NCBI GenBank assembly: GCA_009602725.1
Contig: WELB01000029.1
Coordinates: forward strand, 50,326-114,325
Source of the DNA: Spirogloea muscicola
Lineage: Eukaryota
DNA length: 64,000 bases
Direction of reading: 5' to 3'
Shown: positions 1 to 12,810 of the stretch, piece after piece
Layout of the letters: every line of letters starts with the position of its first letter
Position numbering within the stretch: the stretch's first letter is position 1
Notes under the pieces: generated by a model
Told to the model about the DNA's origin: nothing
The model's database searches: none
Seen by the model: the letters and a program-made list of their open reading frames with translations, nothing else
Program-made: the position numbers and the translations under genes

Positions 1-1647
1 CAACGAGGGGGGCTCTTGGTCAGACCCACCTGCGCCGCCTGCTGCAGCAGCGGCGGCGGCGGCGGCGACGGGGACAGCCTCCAAGAGCTCCAAGAAGAAG
101 CGCAGCAGCAGCATCTGGGCCAAGACCACCAAGAAGAGCAGCAAGAAGGGCGGCGGCAAGTCCGGTGGCGCCGGCGGCCACGGCCGCAGCAGCGCCGCTG
201 CCGACGGCCGGGGGCCCGACGGCGCCGAGCTGGTGCCGGTCGTGTACGCGCCCGCGCACGACCACCACGCCGAGGAGGCCGACATGCTGCTCTCGCGCTC
301 CGACAAGGCCGCCCAGATCCAGGTGCTGCTGCCAGCACCACCCAGCCGCTGCCGATCGCCTCGGAGGTGCGGCCATGACATTGCGGCTGCTCGTCGGCGC
401 AGCTGAGCGAGGACCGGCTGAGCGCGACGGGGTGGAAGGGCTTCCGCATGGTGCGCGCCACGCGCGGCGTCGCCGAGGGCGCCTGGTACTTTGAGATCGA
501 GGTGCGGTGCTGCCGGCCCAATGTGGCCCCCCGTGCTCTTGGCCTCGGGCGACGGCTGTGCGCCTGACCCTGGTACTCATTGGGATGGCGAAGGTGGTGC
601 ACCTGGGGGACTCGGGCCACGCGCGGCTGGGTTGGAGCACTGCCGGTGGAGATGTGCAGGCGCCCGTGGGCTACGACAAGAACAGCTATGCATACCGGTG
701 CGGCAGCTTTGTTGTGCCCTGCAACATGTCCTCCTGAGTGCGTGAGGCGCTGCGGAATAATGCTCGTTGTCGGGCTCTTCTGGTAGCAGGGATGTAGACG
801 GCAGTAAGGTACATATGGCTATGCGCACTGCGTATGGTGCGGCGTACGGGGAGGGCGACGTGGTGGGGTGCTACATCAGCCTGCCAGGAGGCGGCGCATT
901 CTTGCCACCACCACCGCCTGAGTTTGTGCACAAGGGCGTACGTGTGCACCTCGAGCAGGAGCCGTCACCCAAGCAGCCCGTGCCAGGTGAGAGCTGATCT
1001 GCTTGGCAGCCTTTCGATGGGTTCTGCAGAAGCAAGCACACAAGCCCGTTACTCTTAGTGGCGTTCTGACTGCCTTTGCTGGGCTCCTAGGTCCATATCC
1101 GCAGCTTAGACATTTTACACGACAACCTTTGCTTGTTGATGTGGCGGGACCCCAGGAAGCGAGGTTGTGTTTTTCAAGAATGGCGTGTGCCAGGGGACTG
1201 CATTCTGTGACGTACTTGGTGGGAAGTACCGACCCGCCGCCTCACTCTTCACTTACCCCAGCCAGCACAAGGGCTGCACTGTCCGCTTCAACTTTGGCCC
1301 AGACTTCAGGTGCCGATACTAAAGCAGGATACAAGCTCGTCATGCTCTGTTGTCGACATGTTAATTTTGGCACATACTACTGTTGCCCTGACGCTGGTAG
1401 TTGTTTGCGCAGGTTCACACCTGTGGACCTGGGCGAGAGGCCAGGCCCGCGCCCGATGTGCGAATCTCCTGTGGAGGCAAAGCCTGGCCCAGAGGCAACG
1501 ACTGCCGTGCAGATTCTGGATGCCGAGAAGCTGGCTACCACAGCAGCAATTGTCTCTGCAGTTGTCAGAGTGGACCCTGCCTCTGAGCCTCAAGCTGTGG
1601 CTGCTGGCTCCAAACGAAAACACTCTGCTCGACTACGGAGGAGCTAA
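1..1647 (+). CDS. ASH2L: ASH2L/TRAUCO-like SPRY-domain COMPASS (H3K4 methyltransferase complex) subunit, 5' partial, at least 6 exons
   Basis: GT-AG spliced exons give [14 protein letters not shown]...[63 protein letters not shown]...[22 protein letters not shown]...[30 protein letters not shown]...PAASLFT...VRFNFGPDF, the SPRY signature of ASH2L/TRO. Stop TAA at 1645-1647. Confidence 0.92.
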
Positions 1648-1954
1648 TATTGATTACAATATGCCAATCCTGCCAAAGCCCCACCGTACTTCCTCTCAGA
1701 GTAGGCAGCTGCTGATTTTGCTGGAGCATCGATATTTAGAGTCCCTCGACCCGGTCATAGCTAATATGCCCAAGAGACAACAGCAAGGCCTGCACATCCA
1801 CAGGGGCTGTGCAGTCTGCAAGCAAGCACTTGCAGAGACATGAGGGTGATACAACCAACCACAATCACCAAAGTTCATGCCTAAGGCATGAGCAATTTTG
1901 GGGGGGAGCTGCACCCCTGCAGGACTGGGCATCTATCGCTCCGACGAGCCTAGC

Positions 1955-4405
1955 TTAGAGGAGGCCCAGCTGCGCAAGCTCCTGCTCGGCGGAGGCCCAA
2001 TCAACGGCCTCCACCTCAAACTCCCGCGGCGTCGGCGGGGGTTCTTCCTGCATGATAACGGGCGCGTGAAGCAGTGAATAAAAACTCCAGGCTTCTGAGG
2101 TCCAGACAGTCAGCCAGACACGACCATGGCTGGTCAGTCATGTGTACCTCCTCGTAGCTGTCGTACGACATGACGGCCGGGTCTAGCCGCCACCCATAAA
2201 CGCCCTGCTTGTATACAAAGCACCTGGCAGGCAGCATGGCCACCAGGTTCACACAGCTGGCCATCAAGCGCTTGCCCCCATGCATTGTAGTTGCCGTAAA
2301 GAGACGCCTGACCTCGAGTACCCGGCATCATGCGCCACCTGCGCTGCCCAAGTGGAGCGCCGACTTGTCCTACCTGCACAATCCAAATAGGAGGTCTAGT
2401 TCATCACCATCTGCACCGTAGGTGACCAGAGCCTGTTCCACTTGAGCAAGTCTGCAGCAAGTCCTTCACGTCCCTCATAGAGCTCTGCATCAGCCACTTG
2501 GGTTGGCAGATGCGATGCCTGCTGTTGTCACCGTGGGCGTGGCAGCAGGCTCACATTGAAGGATGATGACATCATCCTTGGCCACCTTTGGGAAGTGGTA
2601 ACGCTGCACCCATGCCTTCTCGTCCAAGGCGAGAGCACCCGGCCACTGATCGACTGCATGCAGGAGCCACCACAAACAACACCAACCCAGAATGCGACTT
2701 CACGTTATGATCACCCTGCAGGGCAGCCCAGGCTGCAAATGCAGCTACCACCTGCAACCCCGACCGCAACTGCAATTGCGATCGCAACCGCAACCGCCAC
2801 CACAATTGCAACTGCAACTGCGTGGACTAGGATCAGACAGGGTCAAGGCTCACCGGGGATGTGCCGAGACTGGGGTATGAAGCCATAGAGGGCACGCTCA
2901 TCATGCCTGCGGAGGTCGATGAGAGTGGCGCCTTGCTCACTATCTAGCTCCCCGCCTGCCACACCGTCCCGGTGCAGCTTGCTCTGAGCCAGGAGGAGCG
3001 CCACTGCATCCCTGCCAGTTGCATTGCCCGGCACCGGCCGTCAGCCCGAAGTTCGACCTGGAATACGAGGACCCTGGGTTGTGCTTGCCCAGCTGAGCAA
3101 GTCGCACCGACGGAAATGACCAGCAACACAACCTGTTGATAAGATGGGATGGCTTTTTGGCAATCCCTGCCTCGAGCCTCACAAGGCCACCCGCCAAAAA
3201 GCAGCACCTGCTACGTGCCACCACCGTGAACAACCAAGTGAGGAACCACCTGAGAAAGTGACTGCCTTTGTTTTCCTAAAATGCACGTAATAACGTGCAA
3301 GTGCTTTGTAGATGACTCTCCGGTCTAATGGACAAACCTGGTGAACCCAAGAGCAGTGGCACTCGCAACAGCCCGTTGCTCCACAGCCTCCTGCTCCGCC
3401 ACAAACACCAGCAGCTCGTGCCCTCGTCTGCTTGGCTGCACCCCTTCCACCAGGTCCACCATGGCGCCTCGTCATCCTCCATTGCTGGCACCCAATACTC
3501 AGCACTGTCGTGCGATGCAGCAGCGCTTGTGCGTCGATCCGATTCCTCCTCCGCATTTGAGCATGGTAGACGTGGCGAATGCAGACCTGCTTAGCGCTGC
3601 CAAAGCGCTGCTGCCAAGCTGCCTGCGACATCTGCAGGGCCACTCGCAGCTCCGCTTCTGCGCACGCATGCACCCGAGAATGCACGTCAGTTTCAAGCAA
3701 TCCAATACACGCCCACACGGCAAGGTTAAAAGCGCATAGCCAGTACCAGTGTCCAACTGCTCCCATCTCCAGAGCATAGCTTCCGCTGGAGAAGCCGCAT
3801 GTGGTCACAGGGGAGAGCAGAGAGTGGTCAAGTCACCTGGGACATTGACCAGGCCTTGAAAGGGCGCCGGGATCGCCCGCGCTGCAGTCCCCACCACAGG
3901 TCGGAGTCAGGGTGCAGGTTGCGACCTGACAGATGCAGCTGAGGCCAATAGGCCGAGGGTGGATGTGCAACGAGCAGGAGTGGCGAGCACAGGTGAGCCA
4001 CCCACCGGCCTCCTTGGTGCGCACGTCCAGGATGCAGTACGGCGTGGGGTCGAGCTCGGCCAGCAAGCGCAGCGCCGCGGCGCTGATGCCCACTGCTGGC
4101 AGCCCCGTGGCCGTGCCCACCTTGGCTTCCCGCGCCTTCTCCCGCTCCGCTGCGCTACGGCGGCTCCACGAGGCGCTCAGCCGCGGGACCGCTGAGGCGG
4201 GCATCGCCAAGCGCGGTGCGGGAGCGCGGGTCACCTTCCTGGCGCTTGGCGAGCACGGAGCGGAGCTGGCGCACGCCCCAGGCGACGATCGCGAACTGGA
4301 TGAGGAAGGTGATGGAGCCGCCGACGTTGGAGATGCGCAGGCCCCGCGCGCCGCCGCGCTCTGGCCCACCGCCCTCCCCCTCTGCCGCCGCCGCCCGCTC
4401 GCCAT
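1955..4405 (-). CDS. Multi-exon protein with N-terminal hydrophobic segment and two rhodanese-like domains
   Basis: Exons encode ITFLIQFAIVAWGVRQL (TM-like), PYCILDVRTKEA, ATLIDLRRHDERALYGFIP, WVQRYHFPKVAKDDVIILQC, CFVYKQGVYGWRLDPAV and a final EEPPPTPREFEVEAVDWASAEQELAQLGLL* (TAA at 1955-1957). The xxDVR/DLR and GxxGW motifs are rhodanese-like. The ATG at 4405 is 1 nt out of frame with exon 1, so the start is uncertain. Confidence 0.65.
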
Positions 4406-4626
4406 GCCGTGCCGACGGCTGAGCAGATGAGCTCGCTGGCGTGACGGCCGGGAGGCGGCCGCCCGAGCGGCAAGTGCTGAGCGCCCCGCCAGAGGAGCGG
4501 GGATTAGGGTTAGGCTTGTGGTACCCGAGTCGGCGGCGCCGGGGCGGCCGAGCGGCTTGGCCGGCGAGGCGCGGTCGCGGTCGCGGTCGCGGTCGTCGTC
4601 GTCGTCGCCGCCGGCGGCGTCGTCCC

Positions 4627-4788
4627 NNNNNNNNNNNNNNNNNNNNNNNNNNNNNNNNNNNNNNNNNNNNNNNNNNNNNNNNNNNNNNNNNNNNNNNNNN
4701 NNNNNNNNNNNNNNNNNNNNNNNNNNNNNNNNNNNNNNNNNNNNNNNNNNNNNNNNNNNNNNNNNNNNNNNNNNNNNNNNNNNNNNNN
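4627..4788. other. Assembly gap
   Basis: Run of N. Confidence 1.
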
Positions 4789-4879
4789 GGTACTGATGTC
4801 ACCTTAGGCACCTTGGTTTCGGTTTCCGTATTATGTAGCCCTGTTTAGTTTGCCCTAGACTCTGCCTGGATAATGTATC

Positions 4880-5378
4880 GGCTTGAATTGGCCTCCATTT
4901 CATTTCGTGCGCCCCGCGCGCCTTCTTCTTCGCTTCCATACCCTACTTGAGACCATAGCGAGTCTGGGATATGCACGACGCGAGGGTATGCTTCCAGCCC
5001 AGATGGGTATGCCGGCAGCCTATCGAAGGAAGGTGCTCGCCCATTGAGAAGAGGGGCTGGCAAAGCCAACCCAAAAAGAATTGACAATGTTCAAAGCCAA
5101 AGAAAGAGGTGCTGAAAAAGGACTACACTACAAAGTGCAAAGTGCATCTGTCATGTTTACGACGTCGACTGTCAGCTTGTCTGCAGCGAGCTCAGGCTCA
5201 TGCGTTGCAACAGAAAGCTGGTCGAGCCTTGGCTGGTAGTTCAAGAGCTTGTCAATTGCCGTCCGGTATTCGAGCATCAGTTAACGACCTCTATATGCTG
5301 ACTCGTGGTTACTGGGCGGGTCAGCTTAGCAGCAGGTGACGTGCATTTGTCAATGTGCTTGCCTTAGTACTTGGCCCC
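4880..5378. mobile_element. Cluster of three truncated CRE-like LINE 3' ends between divergent genes
   Basis: 4880-4930 (+) matches the ...ttggcc...gcgcgccttct terminus also at 20537, 34980 and 43110. 5030-5130 (-) is the gggttggctttgccagccc terminus. 5150-5378 (+) encodes RRRLSACLQRAQAHALQQKAGRALA...YMLTRGY plus 3' UTR. Confidence 0.75.
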
Positions 5379-5465
5379 ACATGGCCTCCCCATCTCTTAA
5401 CACACGGTTTTCTTCTCCACGCTCCTCAACCCCACGCCCCCCCGCGCCTGCCCCGCCGCTCCGCC

Positions 5466-7628
5466 ATGGCGCGCCTGGGCGAGGGCGACGGGCGGTGGAT
5501 CGTGCAGGAGCGCGCCGACGGCACCAACGTGCACCAATGGCACTGGGCCGAGCGCGACTGCCTGCCCTGGGCGCGCGCCCGCCTCGCCCAGCTCCTCGCC
5601 GGCGCGCCCGTGCTGGCCGGCGAGGGCGGCCTCTGGCTGCGCATCGCGCGCCTGGACGAGCTCGACGGCGACGCCTACGTCAACATCCGCAAGGGCAAGG
5701 TGCTGCGCGCCCCCGCCCACCTCGCCCACCAAGGCCGGCGCCGCGAATTGGCGCTCGCAATCTCACGCGGCGGCTCCGCCGCCCACCAGATCATCCCTGG
5801 GTACGAGCTGCGCATGCGGCTGGCGTGGGAGGGCGAGGCACGCGACGGGCAGGGCCAGACGCTGGCCCGCGCCGACGGCGCCGCGGAGCTGCCCTACATC
5901 GCCGACGAGAACGCGGGCGAGGACCCCGAGGTCAAGGTCTCCGTCAGCGACGGCGGCGAGGGTGCGGCCCGTCAGCCTCCTCTGCAGCCCGCGACTCGGG
6001 GCAAGGGATGCCGCCGGCAGAGCAAGCGACAGCTTGGTATCCTCAACGAGAGGCTGCGCTCTGTGAGAAGGGTCCGCTCCGCCCTCTCCAGCACTTTGCT
6101 GGGGCAGCTCTGACGGATGCAGGCCTGGCGGCGGCTGCAGTCGGCGCGCGGCTGCGGGAGGCGATGCTGAGCCGCGGCAAGGAGATCATCCACGCAGCAG
6201 TGGCAACGTTCGTGAGCGAGATAGCTGCAGGCGGCCCTGCCAAGGCCGAACTCGAGGCCGGCACGGCACCGAGCGTCTCAGGCGAGCTGGGCAGTCTTGA
6301 AGGCCTCCACACCCGCTGAAGATATGGGCGTACGAGCAGCCAGACTGGCCTGAATCCACGTACTGCATCGGCTCACTGATCCCCTGGTCTAGCCTGTTGG
6401 GAAGACAGAGCAGGCGAAGGTGGTGGCTCCCACGGCGGCCGCTGCGGCCAAGGGGGCTGCAAAGCCGACAGCGACTGCAGTCAAGCAAGACGTGAAGGGC
6501 GGCAAAGGCGAACGTGCAATCTCGCTGACGGAGCGATTCCATTGCCGGTGAAAAATCCACTGACCTCTGGGCACCAGATAGTCAGCCGGCTGCCAAGACT
6601 CCGTCATTGGGCTTGAGAGTGCTTGTCAGGCTTGAGATTGTCAGGCAGAGACCCCGTGCGACTCAGCGGGACTGGTCAGACAGAAGGCTGCTCAGACAGA
6701 GGGCAGGCCTCGTGCAGAGCAGAGGACATCTACGACGTGCTGCTGGATGAGCGCCGGTGGATGGCCTTCACACAGAGCACCGCCAAGATCGACCGCAAGG
6801 CCGGCGGCACCTTCTCCCTCTTTGATGGCTCAGGTCATTGCGCTGCGCTTCCTTTGGTTCAGCTGCTCATTTGCAGAAAGGCGTGTACCCATCTAGACAT
6901 TGTGCAGCAATTATGGCAGCTCTTTACTTGACGCTTGTTCTTTGTGGACAATGCCCTTTGCAGTGACGGGAGTGAATCAGAGGCTTGAGCAAAACAAGTT
7001 ACTCATGCAGAAGTGGCGCTTCAGCAATTGGCCGGATGGCCAGTACTCGACGGTGTGTGACTTCTTCTTGGGCCAAGATCTGTGGCAGTCGTGAGAATTA
7101 TGCACATCAGTAATAGGGCTGAAGGGACTTTGCCATTTCATTCTGAAGCACTTGCCATCAGATGCTTACTCTGAAATGCGTCGTCACGCCATCGCTGCCA
7201 GTATCTGCTGTTCATCAAGCAAATTGCTGCATGCAATGAGGCACAGTGCCTGTGCACGTGCTCACATTCCTTGATTCCATGCAGGTTTGCATGACCTTCG
7301 ATGAGATCGAACCTGGAGTGACAATTGTCAAACTCAGTCAAACCAACATTCCGGAAGAGGATAGGTAAGGGTAAATCTGCAAATGTAATTCACTCACGGG
7401 AATCTTGCTGAGTACTGGTTCAAGCTCCTGCTGAATGAGAGAGCCTGTGCCTAACTTTGCTTGCTCGTAATTCCTCACATGGGATGTGAACAAGGAGAGC
7501 TTTTACTTCCAGCATCCTTTGGCTCCTTGTCCAGATTTGGCAACTCAAATGTACTGGAAGTGACTGAGCGGGGATGGCGAGACCTCATCTTTCACAGGAT
7601 TCGTGCGGTTTTTGGGTATGGGGTGTAA
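5466..7628 (+). CDS. AHA1: Activator of Hsp90 ATPase (Aha1_N plus AHSA1/START-like domain), multi-exon
   Basis: MARLGEGDGRWIVQERADGTNVHQWHWAERD, GDAYVNIRKGK|IIPGYEL, ELPYIADEN, DIYDVLLDERRWMAFTQS, GGTFSLFDGS, QKWRFSNWPDG, GWRDLIFHRIRAVFGYGV* (TAA at 7626-7628). Confidence 0.95.
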
Positions 7629-7966
7629 GAGTCCTATGAAATCAACACCAGGGTCAATGAGTGTGTTGTTTGTCAGATGCCGGTATGGCAAGCTGTCAAA
7701 AATGTAAGAATGAAAAATTGTTGTGGTACATTCAGTCAAATTTGTAATTGTGCCCTCCTTATGGGATTGGGACATGAGAACAAATGTGGAGTCTTGCAGT
7801 CACACACAGCCTGAGCATACCCATAGCAGGTCATTCGAGGACATTCAGCAAATATTGGTTTCTCTTTCCCTAGCTCGATGATGTCTGCCAAGAAAGTACA
7901 TGCTCGTCCTATACATCACATGTCCTTGACTTCTGTAAAAGACCATCAGCTGACACTTACTCCTTT

Positions 7967-10900
7967 CTATGTCTGAGTCGCCTTGCCCTTGAGTCGGGTG
8001 ACAGTCTCGAGCTGCACGCCATCCGTCTCCAGCAGATAGCAGAGCATATCATCCAGGTGGTCACCAAAGATGCTCTGGGCCTCCACAACTCGTATGCGGC
8101 TGAAGCCCATGCTGAGCAGGGTACGGCTCGAGTTGGTCATGCTGATCTCTGCTTCTTCCACAACTCTTATTACACCATGACTATCAGACCTTGATCCTGC
8201 ACATGGACAGCACAGCATTTCTGATGTTTGCTGATGACAGCCATGAAATAGCTTTGTTGCCCTGTCCTCTTATATACATCATCGACAATCATTGCAGCAG
8301 AAGTAACATGTGACTATCAGAAAAGCCATCTCAACAGCTAGCTGCAATAATTTTGAAGGACTGCAGTCACAGCTCCTGCTGCTACTAAGCCCATATGCAT
8401 CACCAGAACATACCAGCACGCGAAGACGGGCCCGCACTTTCGAGTGTAGGTCTCTGTCCATCCTGGTGAGCCAGGAACTCTGCTCTGGAAGCTTCCAAGA
8501 CTGCTCGCTCAATCTCCTGCTCTGTCAGCTCCACGTCCGAGTAAAGCTGGCCTTCTGCCATCAAAGCCTGCGTGTATTGCTATGACTGAGTCAGAAGCAA
8601 GCCAAGCAACTCTGGCAGCCTTCGCTTTACCGATAAGGTAAACAGTAATCTACAAGCAGCCACGACGTGAAGGCAGGCTGATGTTCCTGAGCCATTACAG
8701 ATACATGTAGAAGAAGCGAAGAAGAGAAGCTCAACATAGGAGGCTGCAAGCAGACTCGATCAGAAGCGTGAGGGCCTGTACATTTTCAAGCATATGATCC
8801 TGCTGAGCCTTCATCGCAGCTTTTACGGACTCCTTCGTCACATTCTGCAGATAAGTTTTGAAAGCATCGGCACTTTGGGTGGTTGTACCAAATGTCAACT
8901 TCCGCCATAAGCAGTCAAAATCAGGAAAGATCAAGGCTCCAGCAGTACCTCAGCAGTAACAGAAGCAATGCTATTCAAATCTCAGAGTATGTAGACAAAC
9001 GGAGACTCTGTAGAAGCTGTCACCAGCTAACACAGACCAATGGCATTTAAGCATCTGTTTATTGATACGAGCTACACCTGCTAGTCATTTGCTACTATGC
9101 AACCATCTGATGCTCCGCAATCCTCAAAGCTCACCCCTTGTAAGCTGCCAAAGCCAAGACCAGCCCCTAGAGATGGTCTGGAGGGGTCCACCAGCGAATT
9201 GTAGTGATTCCCCCTATGGTAGCTCAATCTGATGGGAGGTAAATCCGTCTCATAGCTCCCGTGGAAAATGTTGATTGGATCTGGCAGCACAGCAGAGGAG
9301 ATGCAGAAGATGCACATTACACTTACATAATCTCATTCTCATCAATGACTATCTAATACTGTTTTCATTGTGAAACATTCTGTCTCTATTGTGAAAGAAG
9401 TCAATTACCAAGGCTGTAGCAGTGGATGTGTATTGGTCGATTGAACAACTCAGCCATAGCCTGTATTTCGAGATTATTACCATAGACCTGCACAAGGACA
9501 TGCTCTCCAAAAGGTAAAGTCAGGAATGCGTACGCTTTTCTCATGCCAGACACTGAATGGTAATATAAGATGCAGTAGACAGTTTGCACGATCTGAAAAC
9601 ACACGTAAGGAGCACTACCTTGTCTCGTCTTTTTCGCTTGCAGTAAGCTGTAAAATTCTCTGTCACAAACTGAGAAAAGTGGTCCCTTTCTTTCTCCTGC
9701 AAAGACAATCAGATGTTGCAGCGAACATTGCAGCAAAGTTTGCAGCAGCAAAGCCGGGTAGCCGGTGACAAAAAAACCCAGGCCAGTACACCAATAAAGT
9801 ATCAAACTGCTCTTCTTTCATCGCTCAATCAAGCTGTGACATAGGCGACAGATTGCTAACCATGTAGTCAATGCACATCTGCCGAGCAGCGTGATGAGCT
9901 TCCGGCTCCCCGTACAGCTGGTCCGCAACTGCACGAAACAGGCAATTCCCATCCTCTGCCATGCGTCTCATCTCGAGGCTCTTCACGCGCCGGAGCTCTA
10001 ATTCGAAGTGCCTCTCCCGCTCATCCTGTACCAGGAATTTGTGCTCAGCACAACAACTGCATATCCTTCCTACAAGCTGCGCACCAGTGCCACCTCTTGA
10101 ACTGCGCAAAAGACCGCTGGTCCTGCAGTCTTTGACCTTATGAGGTGCCTCTGCTGCTCTGTCCAGGGGTAAGCCTTTGGGAGGCACAAACAAGTGTCCC
10201 CTCCCCGCGACAAAGCATACTACAAAAGTGACAGAACCATGAGCCACTTACTGTAGCATCTCGATTGCCATGCAGGCCGGCAAGCTGGCTGCGCTGAGAG
10301 TGCTCATCGCCACTGTTGTAACCATCGCAGTCAGGGTAGAAGCGCTTTGACTCAGGCGACGTCCGCGAGGGAGAAAATGCAGGCCGGAGCGCACGCGTAT
10401 GCCGCCGCACTGGCCCTGCTCTAGTGTTGGATGTTGACTCTCGAGCTGGTGAGGCTGCACTCAGAGGACTCCCTTGCAGAGAGGGGAGGCTGACTGCACG
10501 CCAGATATCGTCGAGGACACCACTGCATCAGTCAGTGAGGGAAGCAGAACACAAGGTAATCTGGATCTGACACCTGACATCAAGCTCGCCGGTCATCCAC
10601 GATGAGAGAGGAGGCGGTCCTAGGGGCGGCCCACTACCAATGTCTCAAGCACCGCAGAGAGAGAGCAGCTAAAGACTGATACTTCAATGCGCACCTTCGG
10701 CAGCTGCAGCAGCTCCGTCGAGAGCAGGGCCAGGCCTGCTCTGGTCCTCGGGCGAGGTATGCTCTAGCGAGGACCCTTTCAGCCACTGCTGCTCTATCCT
10801 GCTCCCAGAAGGCCCCGAGCTCAACGGCAGGAGCTCTGGCAGCTCGCGCAGCGAGCAGGCAGGCTGTGCGGCGGCCGCCACTGGAGCCCGCTGCTCCGCC

Positions 10901-11310
10901 AGGCGCAGGCCCTCGAGGTGTGCAGCAGTGCCAGCCAGCACCTCGGCAGGTAGCGCGGGGCCCGCGGCGCGCGGGCTCTCCCTCTCCTCCTGCTTCTGCT
11001 TCCCCTTGTCCTCCGGCCCTGGCAGCGCCCTCAGCGACGCCGCAGCGGCGGCAGCAGCCGAGGCGGTAGCAGGCTCAGCCCCCGCCGCAGCTGGTGCCGG
11101 CGCCCTGTCCACGCAGGGAGCGGCCTGCGCTGGCGATGGCGGGCCGGCGGCGGCGGCAACGGAAAAAAAAAANGGCCGGCCGTCGCCGCGCCGTGGGGGG
11201 GGGCCGGCCCCAGCGGAGGCGCGGGGCCGAGCGCCAGGCGGGCGGCGAGATGGGAACTGACCGAGAAGACGACGAGAGCGAACGGGAGCTGGCGCGCCGT
11301 TCGTGGACAT
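7967..11310 (-). CDS. OTLD1: OTU-domain deubiquitinase with C-terminal UBA-like domain (OTLD1/OTU6/OTUD5-like), multi-exon
   Basis: DGYNSGDEH, MAEDGNCLFRAVADQLYG (catalytic Cys), VYGNNLEIQAMAELFNRPIHI, PIRLSYHRGNHYNSLVDP (catalytic His) and a C-terminal LLSMGFS...EAQSIFGDHLDDMLCYLLET. The start at 11310 is tentative. Confidence 0.9.
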
Positions 11311-11384
11311 GGGGGGGAGGCGTGAGGGCCTCGCGCGACGGAGGGCCTCAGCGGCCGAGCCCGAGGACACATCCACAGCTGTGG

Positions 11385-12810
11385 ATGAGAAGAGAAGCAG
11401 CGGCACTCCCAAATGGGGGAAAGGGCTGTGAAAAGCCAGTCCGAAAATGAATTGACGAAGGGGCCAAATGATGGAGGGGCCTAAAAAGAAGAAGTGGCTC
11501 TCCCAATGGGGCCAAGGGCTGTGAGAAGCCAGCCCGAAAAGAATTGACAAGGTTCGAAGGGGCCAAACCAGGAGCTAAGCAGCGACTGCGGGGCCTGTGG
11601 ACGTACACGGGGCTCTCGGATACCACTGGCTCGACCAGTTGGCCAGGCTTGCACGGCGCGCTGTGTCCCTCAGGCGCGGTGAGCCGGCTGACTTCAACGC
11701 CGCTGGCTCGTGGGCTCAGGTATATCGTATGCGCTTGTCCGTCTCCCTCCAGCGGTCCATGGCCCACGCCTTGCATCTGCGTGCTGGCCGTGCTCTCGCT
11801 GCGACCTCCGGCTTTCGTCAGGGGGATAGTTTTCCGGCAGCTAGTCTGTCGGATGTGAGGCTCCTCACTCGTAACTACTGAGTGGTCCATCCTCCCCTGT
11901 TCTGCCCTAGCCTCTTCAGGCCCCGCAGTCGCTGCTTAGCTCGTAATTTGGCCCCTTCGAACCTTGTCAATTCTTTTTCGGGCTGGCTTCTCACAGCCCT
12001 TGCCCCCATCAGGAGAGCCACTTCTTCTGAAGAGGCTATGGCAGAAGGGGGGAGGATGGACCACTCAGTAGTTACGAGTGAGGAGCCTCACATCCGACAG
12101 ACTAGCTGCCGGAAAACTATCCCCCTGACGAAAGCCGGAGGCCGCAGCGAGAGCACGGCCAGCACGCAGACGCAAGGCGTGGGCCAAGGACCGCTGAAGG
12201 GAGACGGACAATCGCATATGGTATACCTGAGCCCACGAGCCAGCGGCAGCTCTGAAAGAGCCACTTTCTCATTTTCTTTCTTGTACATCGCCTGCTGCAT
12301 ATTCAACCCGTTTAATACGGGTCAGCAAGTAGAGAACGCTGACCAGACGTCCGACTACCAGATGGCAAATTTGAAGCCCTTCTGCCACTAAGGAGAGCAC
12401 CTCGGTGCAAAACATGAGCTTGAGCTCGCTGCAAAAATGGCTGATACACGACTGCGCAGGGACGACAATCATGCTGCCGGCAAGACCATCTCAGCCGGAA
12501 GCACCTCCTCAAAATGTGCAGATCCCAGATCAGCAGTATCCTAGTAGGGTATGGAATGAGGCCCTTTGCAGCTAAAGATGTCGACTGTGGCTCTGGAAAT
12601 TTTCGTGTGTATTTGAAGCAAACAAAGGTGTATTTGAAACCTACATAGGCCAAAGTGGCCAAGTACAAAGGCAAGCACATCTGTTGACATGCATCACCCA
12701 CTGCACATTGACCCGCTCAGTAATCACGGGTCAACACATGAAGGTCGCTACTCAACATCAGATGGCCTGAATACCATTTGGCAGATTCGAAGCCCTTCTG
12801 CCACCAACTA
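11385..12810. mobile_element. Stack of truncated, nested CRE-like LINE 3' fragments upstream of the OTU gene
   Basis: Minus-strand 3' termini at 11385-11596. Plus copy 11598-12026 encodes DVHGALGYHWLDQL...YRMRLSVSLQRS...VRLLTRNY*. The interrupted minus copy resumes at 12029-12250. A second subfamily lies at 12600-12810 (LHVLTRDY*). Confidence 0.85.

Noticed and set aside
4390..4405. Apparent frameshifts next to start codons (also ~22090 and ~32775) suggesting pseudogenes or recoding
   Set aside because: All lie in extreme GC patches, two of them near assembly gaps, and the downstream exons are intact. Assembly indels are the simpler explanation.
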